Virus record (IMG/VR): IMGVR_UViG_3300046170_000450
Coordinates: 22,912 to 86,911 of that record
Source of the DNA: a virus
DNA length: 64,000 nucleotides
Direction: 5' to 3' (one strand)
Under the pieces are notes generated by a model. It made no database searches and was not told the origin of the DNA. It saw only the letters and a program-made list of their open reading frames with translations. Shown in pieces: positions 18,134 through 26,483 of the stretch (positions within the stretch are counted from its first letter, which is position 1; every line of letters begins with the position of its first letter). A program made the translations under genes and the position numbers.

Positions 18134-18337
18134 GCTTTATAGAATGTAAAATTTCGCACACGATGTCAAGCCCTCAGATAAAAAAAACAATTTTTTTTTT
18201 GCGATTACCCTACCCTATTGTTAAACAAATGCGTCCAGAGAAACACAGAACAAGCGGGGGGGAGGGTTTTCTAAAAGTCTCAACACATTTTCACCATAGC
18301 AAATTACTTAAGTGCGAAAAAAACCCAGACCCTATTT

Positions 18338-19465
18338 CTAAAAAGGCATTTTATTTGATTTATAAACGTTATCTCTAAACCAAAGAGGTTGCAAGTTAGT
18401 ATAGTAGTTAGTGCCACCCTTCGAAACAGGAATAATGTGGTCTATTGTCCAATACTGCCATTTATCATCACACGTAGATTTTCCATAGTTATCCCAAGTC
18501 ATACCTTCTTGAAATTGAGATTCAAGATGGCGTTTGAGTTCTTTATTTGTTAAACCTATTTCTTTTTTATAATTATCTTCTGGAGTCTTTATGAAACTTC
18601 TAAGTCTCTTTCTAACGTTTTGGTGTATTTTGTATTCTGGTTTTTGGTTTAGTTGTCGTCTTTTTTCTTTGCCTTGTGGCGAATCCCTCCATTTCTTTGA
18701 TGATTTTAGTCTACGCTTTCTATCAGCGGGGGCTTCATTTTTAAGCTTATTTTTGTTATAAGTGCTTGTACATTCTTGGCATCTATAAGAATAGTAAGTA
18801 ATGCCACTCTTAGTGTATGTTTCAAATTCCGAAAGGGGGAAAATACCACCACAGGTTTTACATATTCCTTTTTGATTTTTTTCATCAGTATATATTAATA
18901 CATGATTTTTTCCATCTGGTATGGCCCAACCCTCTTTTTCTAATTCTTTTAGTTTTGATTCTGGGATTTTTATTTTTGAAGAACTATGTCGAGTATACTT
19001 ACCTTTAGATAGTTTTTCGGCTAAAAAGTTTAACTCTTTTTTGGCGGTAAAGCAAAAATAACCATTACCTTCATAACTTAAAGGGACTTTTATTTTTTTT
19101 AATCCCAACTTAGTGAAAAACAATAATTGCCAAACTTTTTTATCTTCGATACCCTCTTGCCCAAAAAGTCCCAAGCCTCTTAAGTATGAAGCTAATTCTT
19201 TAGTGTTGTAAAAATCATTTCTATCTGCGTTTAAAACAGTTTTAAAATAATTTTTTTGAAAGATTGATGAGTATTTTTCTTTATTCAGAATCTCATAATC
19301 TAAAAATTGTCCCACCTTATTTCTCTTGATGAGTATATCATCAACATCTAAGATATCAGCGCAAATTTCTTCGACGACAATTTTCTCAATTAATTTGGAA
19401 CCTATTTTGATTTCAACAGAGTGAAAATCATCGCATTCAACTAAACTACATTTACAATAACCCAT
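18338..19465 (-). CDS. HNH endonuclease with zinc-finger
   Basis: CKTC...CQEC, L..HLE.QF..GMTW.NYG...W.IDHIIPVS.GG.N.YTNLQPLW..DN..KSNK. Confidence 0.85.
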   Translation of the reverse strand: MGYCKCSLVECDDFHSVEIKIGSKLIEKIVVEEICADILDVDDILIKRNKVGQFLDYEILNKEKYSSIFQKNYFKTVLNADRNDFYNTKELASYLRGLGLFGQEGIEDKKVWQLLFFTKLGLKKIKVPLSYEGNGYFCFTAKKELNFLAEKLSKGKYTRHSSSKIKIPESKLKELEKEGWAIPDGKNHVLIYTDEKNQKGICKTCGGIFPLSEFETYTKSGITYYSYRCQECTSTYNKNKLKNEAPADRKRRLKSSKKWRDSPQGKEKRRQLNQKPEYKIHQNVRKRLRSFIKTPEDNYKKEIGLTNKELKRHLESQFQEGMTWDNYGKSTCDDKWQYWTIDHIIPVSKGGTNYYTNLQPLWFRDNVYKSNKMPF

Positions 19466-19501
19466 AATATATTTTTATTCATTTCAGTTTATTTTTAAAA
19501 T

Positions 19502-19576
19502 TGGTACTCCGACCAGGATTCGAACCTGGAACGCAAGATTAGAAGTCATGTGTTATATCCCTTTAACTATCGGAGC
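19502..19576 (-). tRNA. tRNA-Arg(TCT)
   Basis: Anticodon loop CT-TCT-AA, GGTTCGAATCC, CCA. Confidence 0.9.
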
Positions 19577-20091
19577 GTTTGTTTTTTGTGCCAGTTCAAA
19601 AAAGTGTCAATATCCGCTAATTGATTATATTCGATTTCATATCTACTTTGATCATAAGTGAAATTATTGGTTTTGGTCCCAGCTTTCTTTAAGTCAGCTA
19701 TTTTGAAAAACTTTTTTTTGGATATAATGCCGCATATCCAAACAACGCTAAAATCATTCTTGACTCTACTGAAAATATAGTAATCGGTGTCTCTATTTTT
19801 TTGCTCTTCATATAGGGTGGCACTATAATTAGACATTGGTTTGCTATTGCATCCTTGAGCTTTGGAATCTATTGTGTCTGAGTTTTTTAAAACAAAATCA
19901 ACAGAATAACCTTCGGCATAAACTATATCTGCATAAGTATTGCTAATTGCTGCTTCAGCTAGATAACCAGTTATTCTTTGTCTTTGTTTGTTTGATCTGT
20001 GAGTGCCTGTATGTCCGAACATTTCATAGAATTTTTTATTTCTTTGATTTGCTTCATCAAGCATGAATTTTGTGACTTCAACTTCTACCAT
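19567..20091 (-). CDS. PD-(D/E)XK restriction-endonuclease-like protein inside the tRNA cluster
   Basis: G.LAE....D.....IDSK...DYYIF.RV....WICG..SK..F; TTGACT-N16-TAGTAT promoter supports ATG at 20091. Confidence 0.55.
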   Translation of the reverse strand: MVEVEVTKFMLDEANQRNKKFYEMFGHTGTHRSNKQRQRITGYLAEAAISNTYADIVYAEGYSVDFVLKNSDTIDSKAQGCNSKPMSNYSATLYEEQKNRDTDYYIFSRVKNDFSVVWICGIISKKKFFKIADLKKAGTKTNNFTYDQSRYEIEYNQLADIDTFLNWHKKQTLR

Positions 20092-20135
20092 GAGTGTGTA
20101 TACTATTAGCCCCAAAATAAAAGTCAAGCTAAAAA

Positions 20136-20210
20136 TGGTGGGCCCTGAGAATTACGATATCTCGACCTAACGATTATGAGTCGTTTGCTCTTCCTCTGAG
20201 CTAAAGGCCC
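20136..20210 (-). tRNA. tRNA-CAT, probably Ile2 (lysidine type); atypical T loop
   Basis: GGGCC acceptor and CGA-CTCATAA-TCG anticodon arm similar to bacterial Ile2; T loop reads ATCGTAA; CCA encoded. Confidence 0.75.
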
Positions 20211-20215
20211 TAAAA

Positions 20216-20730
20216 GTGTGAGGGAGTCGACCGCTACGCAATCCTTATCCTCATTATCAACCCCCGCCGTCGCAGAGGAATTACAAACTCAATCTAAAAC
20301 ACCAATATAAGATTTGATCAGATTCTTATACTTTTTCGCCAAAGTGTGCATCAATGATATAGGAGTCTTTCGACTCTCACGGCACATATGTCCGAATTTC
20401 GTCATTAAGAGGCATGGCAGGTCTACTTTAATAATAGTTAACCCAATAGATGACGTAGAGAAGTTACCTTGTATGACAAATGATCGATCTAACAGCATGC
20501 CGCTCAATCAACGCTTATTCCACAAGCCTCATATCTTAGCACGTTTTACACTACATTTTCGATTGCCCCCGATTGGAACGGTGGATCATTACCCAATACT
20601 TCTTCAAAAGCATTGGAACTATTAAAAAAAACGCCCCAATGGTGATCAACCCATTGCTCCCTGTTGTATTCCGCAGAATTGTTTCAGGTGAGTAACCATC
20701 ACTGCTCGTATGCAGGATAGGATATAGGAC
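20216..20730 (-). ncRNA. unassigned structured RNA region within the tRNA cluster
   Basis: No credible ORF; several hairpins including GAGTC-GAAA-GACTC and a long-range helix; internal GTGTAA motif at 20546-20551. Confidence 0.5.
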
Positions 20731-20734
20731 AAGA

Positions 20735-20811
20735 TGGCAGGTTCGGCAGGATTTGAACCTGCGAATGACTGGATCAAAACCAGTTGTGTTAGGCCGCTTC
20801 ACCACGAACCA
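20735..20811 (-). tRNA. tRNA-Gln(TTG)
   Basis: ACTGG-TT-TTG-AT-CCAGT anticodon arm, GGTTCAAATCC, CCA. Confidence 0.88.
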
Positions 20812-20817
20812 ATAAAA

Positions 20818-20892
20818 TGGTACACCCTCTGGGACTTGAACCCAGAACCAATTGATTAAAAGTCAACTGCTCTACCATTGAGCTAAAGGTGT
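20818..20892 (-). tRNA. tRNA-Lys(TTT)
   Basis: GTTGA-CT-TTT-AA-TCAAT, GGTTCAAGTCC, CCA. Confidence 0.92.
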
Positions 20893-20899
20893 TTAAAGG

Positions 20900-20982
20900 T
20901 GGTGCATCTGGAGCGAATCGAACGCTCATCTTCTGGGCCAGCGAATGGAAGCCAGACATAATAGCCGTTATACGACAAATGC
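20900..20982 (-). tRNA. tRNA-Gly(TCC)-like with an 8-nt insertion in the anticodon loop
   Basis: TCTGG-CT-TCC-A-[TTCGCTGG]-C-CCAGA; GTTCGATTC T-arm; CCA. Confidence 0.7.
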
Positions 20983-20990
20983 AAAAAAAG

Positions 20991-21068
20991 CTGTTCAGGC
21001 TGGATTCGAACCAGCATTGCCGAAGCACGGATTAACAGTCCGCTGTATTACCTATCTACCACTGAACA
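20991..21068 (-). tRNA. tRNA-Asn(GTT) with extended variable arm, no encoded CCA
   Basis: GCGGA-CT-GTT-AA-TCCGT, then an 11-nt variable region GCTTCGGCAAT, then GGTTCGAATCC. Confidence 0.8.
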
Positions 21069-21076
21069 ATAAAAAA

Positions 21077-21162
21077 TGGTACAAGCGACAGGATTCGAAC
21101 CTGTAAAACCAATGGTGCCAGATTTACAGTCTGGTGCAGCTAACCGTATCTGCCTCACTTGC
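21077..21162 (-). tRNA. tRNA-Tyr(GTA)
   Basis: CCAGA-CT-GTA-AA-TCTGG, long variable arm, CCA. Confidence 0.9.
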
Positions 21163-21169
21163 TTAAAAA

Positions 21170-21257
21170 TGGCAGAGAGAGTGGGATTTGAACCCACGGA
21201 TGCTTTCACATCAACAGTTTTCAAGACTGCCGCCTTAAGCCGCTCAGCCATCTCTCT
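21170..21257 (-). tRNA. tRNA-Ser(TGA)
   Basis: GCAGT-CT-TGA-AA-ACTGT, long variable arm, CCA. Confidence 0.92.
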
Positions 21258-21262
21258 AAAAA

Positions 21263-21338
21263 TGGAGGTCACACTCGGATTTGAACCGAGAAAGGCTGAT
21301 TACAAATCAGCTGTTTTGCCAATTAAAACTATGCGACC
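21263..21338 (-). tRNA. tRNA-Thr(TGT)
   Basis: GCTGA-TT-TGT-AA-TCAGC, GGTTCAAATCC, CCA. Confidence 0.88.
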
Positions 21339-21342
21339 TAAG

Positions 21343-21416
21343 TACCCCTACACGGATTCGAACCGTGGTTGACGCGATGAAAACGCGGTGTCCTAACCAG
21401 ACTAGACGATAGGGGC
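21343..21416 (-). tRNA. tRNA-Glu(TTC), no full CCA
   Basis: CGCG-TT-TTC-AT-CGCG, GGTTCGAATCC. Confidence 0.85.
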
Positions 21417-21421
21417 TTAAA

Positions 21422-21493
21422 TGGTTGCAGGGGCAGGAATTGAACCTGCTCACGAAGCTTATGAGACTCCGTTGGCTACCTAACCTCCCTACA
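21422..21493 (-). tRNA. tRNA-Met(CAT), initiator-like acceptor end, atypical D-arm
   Basis: CT-CAT-AA loop and CCCTGCAACCA 3' end; lacks the three consecutive G-C pairs of a canonical fMet anticodon stem. Confidence 0.65.
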
Positions 21494-21750
21494 TAAAAAT
21501 TTCAAAAAAATAAACTATCAAAGATCAATAACAAACACTATGTATATAAAAAATAAAATGTCAACCCCAAAAACAAAAAACCCCAACTTTTTTACAAGTC
21601 GGGGCTAAGTTGATTCGGAGAGTTATAAAAAACTACACAACGAAAGCCCCAATACTTGATTGTGGTCCATTATTCGTTTCTGTTGTCTTTATAAGCATCT
21701 GCGTGTTATATTACACTTAAAAGCAAAAAATTAAATTAAAATTGGTTTTA

Positions 21751-22998
21751 TTAATAAACTGTGTAAGACGAAAGGTCGCCTTCTGTTACAGTGTAGCCCG
21801 TGGAAATTCCAGCGAGTGCGTCTACCTCCGCAATTGTTGAGTTAAGGGCGGAAGTTAAGTCTCCGTAGAAGGGTCCAGCTTTTGGCGTCGTGAATGTTGA
21901 TACTAGTAGCAACTTGGTGTCATTCACGGCAAAAAGAGGAGACCCAGAATCTCCAGCAATTATGGTTTTGTTGAAAGCTAGTCTGTCTGTTTTTACTGGA
22001 ACTGAAAAAAGAGCTCGATTATATGATCCAGACGAGTCATAAACATAATTAAAATCAAGTAGCACCACTTTGTTTTCTTGGTTTAGGGCAATGATTGGTA
22101 AGGAGTTTGCTGCAGCGGAATTATTTCCTGAGGGTAAATAGGTTGCGTAATTGCTGGGAAAGATTTCACAGGGGGTGATGTCGTTGGGGAGATCTTCGTT
22201 TAACAGAGCAATGTATACATCGGTTGGGTTTGCACCGTTGTCAACGCGCTTTCCTTGGATAACAGTTCTATTGAAAACAGTTCCGTCAGTTCCAACAAAT
22301 CTTACGGTTGTCCCATTTCCGTACCTATAATGATTAGCCAAGACGACGTGTCTTGGAGTGACAAGGGTTCCAGCCTTCTTCGTTCCGCCAGATGAGTTCC
22401 AAGGCGACTCGCAGGTTAAGGCGTCAAGGTGAGACGCATTTAAGATTAACGAACTGTTTCTGGTGTAGTTTTGTGAGGCATGGTTCTCAGTTGAAAATAG
22501 ACTCTGCTGAAGGCTTGTTGATGCGCCCGATAGAGAGGTGTCTATGGTAGTTGTCAAAGCTTCTCTAGCTGTGCCTGAAACGCCGCCCTCAATAACTTCA
22601 GTGGTAATGCCACCCGATACATCTAAGTTAACTATCAACGCCCTAGTTACAGTGTCTGTTCCCTTAGCTGCTACAATAGTTATCGTTGTTGAGGCTGACT
22701 CTTCAACCAAAGAGGATATGACTCCAAATGAATCAACTTCAATTTCAGCAGCGTTACTGCTTGAGTATGAAAAAGAAACATCTGCGGCGCCAAGGGAAGT
22801 GCTGTAATTGAGTAGGGGATACAAGTATGCAATCTCTACCGAGGATGAAGACGTGGAGCTGGTGATAGTTTTGTCATCTTCTGTAATTGAAGACTGGGAC
22901 TGAGAGCCTAAAGCGGAGGCCTCTTTAACCACGTTAATGTCAAACCAGAACTTTAATGGCTTTCCTTCGTTTTCTATAGCCGTGCCTAAGTTTGTCAT
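21751..22998 (-). CDS. Ig-like domain + trypsin-like serine protease (copy 2)
   Basis: SYSSSN....VDS.G Big_2-like segment; GTLVTPRHVVLANH, DVYIALL, GDSGSP catalytic triad motifs. Confidence 0.8.
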   Translation of the reverse strand: MTNLGTAIENEGKPLKFWFDINVVKEASALGSQSQSSITEDDKTITSSTSSSSVEIAYLYPLLNYSTSLGAADVSFSYSSSNAAEIEVDSFGVISSLVEESASTTITIVAAKGTDTVTRALIVNLDVSGGITTEVIEGGVSGTAREALTTTIDTSLSGASTSLQQSLFSTENHASQNYTRNSSLILNASHLDALTCESPWNSSGGTKKAGTLVTPRHVVLANHYRYGNGTTVRFVGTDGTVFNRTVIQGKRVDNGANPTDVYIALLNEDLPNDITPCEIFPSNYATYLPSGNNSAAANSLPIIALNQENKVVLLDFNYVYDSSGSYNRALFSVPVKTDRLAFNKTIIAGDSGSPLFAVNDTKLLLVSTFTTPKAGPFYGDLTSALNSTIAEVDALAGISTGYTVTEGDLSSYTVY

Positions 22999-24077
22999 CC
23001 TTGATTATTTTCAGTTAGAGCCCCGTCTAAACATAATCTAGTTTTTCCTGCGCCTGAAACCGTTTCAAAGGTTGTTGAGGTTCTACAAGAGATCAGAGTT
23101 CCTGTTAGAGTGCCGCTTTTTCCGAAAGAGTCGTCACCGCCTACGCAGTTTGTATACGTGCCACTAGCAGGAGAGTAACCACCAAACGACCAATCGCCCC
23201 CTATGCATCGAGTAAATGTTCCGCTGGATAAGCCCTGTGCTGTATACCAACCGCCAAAGGAGGATGCCCCGCCCTCGCAATTAATAAAAGTTCCGCTGGC
23301 TGTTCCAGACCCACCAAACGAATTTTCAAAGGGAGCCTCGCAGTTTATAAAAGTTCCGCTGGCTGTTCCAGACCCACCAAAGGAATTAGTAGTTGCGCGG
23401 CAATCAATGAAAGTTCCGCTGGCTATTCCACCATTACCGCCAAAAGAATTTGCTCCACCAAAGCACGAACGGAATACCTGTAAAGGCTTGTCACCCACAA
23501 TAGTATTGGATGCCATTTGTAAACCATAGACAAGAATATTATTTGCCGAGAAGGATATGCCAGCTCCATCAATGTAAGTATTTAGCTTAGAAGCATCCCC
23601 AGAAAAATTAGTAGACATTAAATCAACAAATTCGGTATCAATGTCAAGTGTGGACGCTAACGTGTATCTTCCTGAGCCAATTATCAACGTTGCTCTATTG
23701 TTGTTCGCTAAAGCGCTTCCGTTGGGAGTTAGGGCACACGCTTTATTATAGGCTGCAGCCAAAGCTAATCCATTTTCAGCCGCCGTTCCAGTAGCTTTAA
23801 CATACACGGCAGAATTGCTATCGAGGTCTGACCCCAGCGCTTCGTAAGCGGACGCGCTAGTAAAGCGAACTTGTAATTTTCGATCCGTATCTACCATGAC
23901 CTGTCCGACGACGGCGCTAGTAACGGCATCAATCTCCGCTGTCGTTCCCGCTGGTGGAACGATGGCGCCAAACTCTACGGTGTCTGCGCTTCCAAGTCCA
24001 ATTGAAGATCTTAGCTGTGTTTTCTGTTCGTCGGTAGGCGGTGTTCCTACTGGGCTGTTCCCTAAATCAATGCTCAT
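22995..24077 (-). CDS. putative virion fibre/adaptor protein with ASGTF..C.GG..SFGG beta-helix repeats
   Basis: N-terminal ~37 aa shared with 25478-26476; about six 19-24 aa repeats. Confidence 0.65.
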   Translation of the reverse strand: MSIDLGNSPVGTPPTDEQKTQLRSSIGLGSADTVEFGAIVPPAGTTAEIDAVTSAVVGQVMVDTDRKLQVRFTSASAYEALGSDLDSNSAVYVKATGTAAENGLALAAAYNKACALTPNGSALANNNRATLIIGSGRYTLASTLDIDTEFVDLMSTNFSGDASKLNTYIDGAGISFSANNILVYGLQMASNTIVGDKPLQVFRSCFGGANSFGGNGGIASGTFIDCRATTNSFGGSGTASGTFINCEAPFENSFGGSGTASGTFINCEGGASSFGGWYTAQGLSSGTFTRCIGGDWSFGGYSPASGTYTNCVGGDDSFGKSGTLTGTLISCRTSTTFETVSGAGKTRLCLDGALTENNQG

Positions 24078-24142
24078 AATTTTGTTCCTTGTCTGTTGAA
24101 GATTTACAATAAAAGTTACACTTAATAATTAAAATTTGTTTA

Positions 24143-25474
24143 TCAATAAGTGGGGTAAGCCGAAAGATCACACTCAGTGACGGTGTAACCTGTAGAGATT
24201 CCAGCGAGTGTATCTACATCAGTTATTAGCTGGTTTATGTCTGATATTAAATTAGAAAGATAAGCGCCCGCGCTTGGTGTAGTATTCAAGCCTATGAGCA
24301 CCAATTTAGAACCTAAAACAAAACAGTTTGGAGCACCACTGTCTCCCACAACAATATTTTCGTTTAATGTGTATAGTTTGTCAGTGTTTGAAACTAATCT
24401 TGTAGAAACCCTGTCTGATGTGGTTGAGAATCCTAAAGAGGAGGGAATATAGCTTAAACCGTTCACCATACTTGAAGGGGGCGTAGAACTAAACCAGTGT
24501 TTTTCTAAATTGCTACCAAAGTAAATGCCTTTTGATAAAATGCTTTGCAATCTAGTTAAACCCTTTTGTTCTTGATCGAAAACAGCAATAGCTGTGCTCA
24601 TCCAGTCATATTGACCTGTATAATCTCCAGCATTGCTGGGAATTACTTCCATGCTTTCAATGTTAGAGGGCAAGTCTGAATCGAGTAGACATATTTGAAC
24701 ATCGTAGCAGTAGTTACCAGACTGACCAGCGTATAGGGGGTGGGTTTTAACCTTTTGTATTGTTCTGGTAACGGCTGTTGTTGAGCCGCTAACATTAGCT
24801 ACGAAGTCAATAGTATCCCCTACATACAAAGGATAATGAGCTGTGCATATTATATGACGCTTTGTTATTGCTGTTCCCGCTCTCCTGTTTCCGCCTCTAC
24901 TGTTGTTAGGACTAACAGCCGAAAGACCACTTAATCCAATCCCCCAGAAATCTTCATTTCGAGTAAAAGTATTTGTCGAAGTGTTGACGCTGGAAAATCT
25001 AGGCTTTGCTGTGGATGGGTCACTATTAGAAACCAAAGTTTCTAAACGATTGTTCATGGCTTCTCCTGCTGTTCCTGCTTTATTTGATATATAATCGATG
25101 GATGCTCCAGCAGAAATACTTACCGAAACCTTTGTGCTATTGGAAATAGAATAACTATCAGAAGTCCTTGAAACAGTAACGGTAATTGTTACTTCCCCGT
25201 CAGATACAACCGTTAAAACCCCAGATGCATCTACCGTCGCAATGCCTTCATCGCTCGAAGAAAACGTAGCGGTATAATCATCTTCTTCAATTGGATGCAC
25301 AACTTCCCAGTTTATTGTGTGCGAATCGGCAAGTGTTGCCCCTGTAACTCGTTCAATAGCATGCGAATCTTCTGTAATGTTAACGGTAGAGCCAGTTACC
25401 TGCTCGTTTGAAAATGAAACCCCATTTATAGACGCCCAAAAACTAAAAGGTTGTTTTATAGTCAGCCTACTCAT
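24143..25474 (-). CDS. Ig-like domain + trypsin-like serine protease (copy 1)
   Basis: FSSSDEGIATVDASGVLT..SDG.VTITV (Big_2); GTAITKRHIICTAH, DVQICLL, GDSGAP. Confidence 0.82.
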   Translation of the reverse strand: MSRLTIKQPFSFWASINGVSFSNEQVTGSTVNITEDSHAIERVTGATLADSHTINWEVVHPIEEDDYTATFSSSDEGIATVDASGVLTVVSDGEVTITVTVSRTSDSYSISNSTKVSVSISAGASIDYISNKAGTAGEAMNNRLETLVSNSDPSTAKPRFSSVNTSTNTFTRNEDFWGIGLSGLSAVSPNNSRGGNRRAGTAITKRHIICTAHYPLYVGDTIDFVANVSGSTTAVTRTIQKVKTHPLYAGQSGNYCYDVQICLLDSDLPSNIESMEVIPSNAGDYTGQYDWMSTAIAVFDQEQKGLTRLQSILSKGIYFGSNLEKHWFSSTPPSSMVNGLSYIPSSLGFSTTSDRVSTRLVSNTDKLYTLNENIVVGDSGAPNCFVLGSKLVLIGLNTTPSAGAYLSNLISDINQLITDVDTLAGISTGYTVTECDLSAYPTY

Positions 25475-25477
25475 ACA

Positions 25478-26476
25478 TTAGACGAGTTTTGTAACTGTAG
25501 TTTCGGCGATACTTATCAATAGAGGGTCTGCAGAAGAAACTATCTGGCTAGCCGACATATTGAACGTGCCGCTTGAAGAAGGTTTAACAATCAATGTGAT
25601 TGAGTATGAGCCAAGAAGCGGACTAGTGACAGCTACCTGACCACTACTCACGAGCGAAATACTGTCATTCTCGCTTAACTTACCCTTTAGGAATAAAACT
25701 TGATTTTTATTTTTTAGGTCGTCGCATTTAAATTGAATAGTGGATGCATTGTATAGACCAGTGTAACCTACGTTAAACTTTAAGTTTCCTTCAGCAAGGT
25801 CACCAACAAACACATCTAGTTCAATTTTATATTCAGAGCCTCCCAATAGGGGAATACTAACTAACTCATTAGGAGATGTGCTAGACGTTACTATATGTTT
25901 AAACTGAAACGAGTAAGATGCTGAACCCTGTTTTATCAAATGAGTTCTGTTCGGGACAACTACAGAGCTAGTAACCAAACCCGCGTTTACATCATTAGCA
26001 TCATACCAACCCGCAGGACCCTGTTCGCCACTGTGATATAAATAAGTAGTGGATGATGAATCGTTAAACTCTTCATTTTGAAAAATAGTCAACGTAGCTG
26101 TGGGAGAAAAGACATCCGCAGATGCAGCGACTAGTCCAGATTCAAATAATTTACTGTCAGGTAGACTAACCCCTGAACTAGTGGTTAAAGAATCCTCGCT
26201 CACGCTGCTAATTGAACTAATAACGTCGTATGATGAAGACCCTGTAAATCTCACAAACTGACCTCGATCAGAATCGAAATACGTATCTCCCTCGGTGGCG
26301 TCTGTTACGGCGTCAAGCTCGGACGTTGTTAAGTTTGGAAAATTAAATTGTGAAGTAGTTACCTCACCAAACTCTACGATGTCAGCGCTTCCTAAGCCCA
26401 TAGAAGACCTTAGTTGTGTTTTCTGTTCATCGGTAGGTGGAGTTCCTACTGGGTTGTTTCCTAAATCAATACTCAT
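25478..26476 (-). CDS. putative virion fibre/adaptor protein
   Basis: MSIDLGNNPVGTPPTDEQKTQLRSSMGLG N-terminus shared with 22995-24077; PNLTTSELDAV...GD.YFDSD fibre-like motif. Confidence 0.6.
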   Translation of the reverse strand: MSIDLGNNPVGTPPTDEQKTQLRSSMGLGSADIVEFGEVTTSQFNFPNLTTSELDAVTDATEGDTYFDSDRGQFVRFTGSSSYDVISSISSVSEDSLTTSSGVSLPDSKLFESGLVAASADVFSPTATLTIFQNEEFNDSSSTTYLYHSGEQGPAGWYDANDVNAGLVTSSVVVPNRTHLIKQGSASYSFQFKHIVTSSTSPNELVSIPLLGGSEYKIELDVFVGDLAEGNLKFNVGYTGLYNASTIQFKCDDLKNKNQVLFLKGKLSENDSISLVSSGQVAVTSPLLGSYSITLIVKPSSSGTFNMSASQIVSSADPLLISIAETTVTKLV

Positions 26477-26483
26477 AATGTTA

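Noticed and set aside
20216-20730. tmRNA or RNase P RNA; ORFs 20289-20507, 20314-20625 and 20551-20805
   Set aside because: No tmRNA acceptor/T-arm with CCA and no RNase P GAGGAAAGTCC motif. The ORFs have non-ATG starts and no recognisable motifs, and one overlaps a tRNA.
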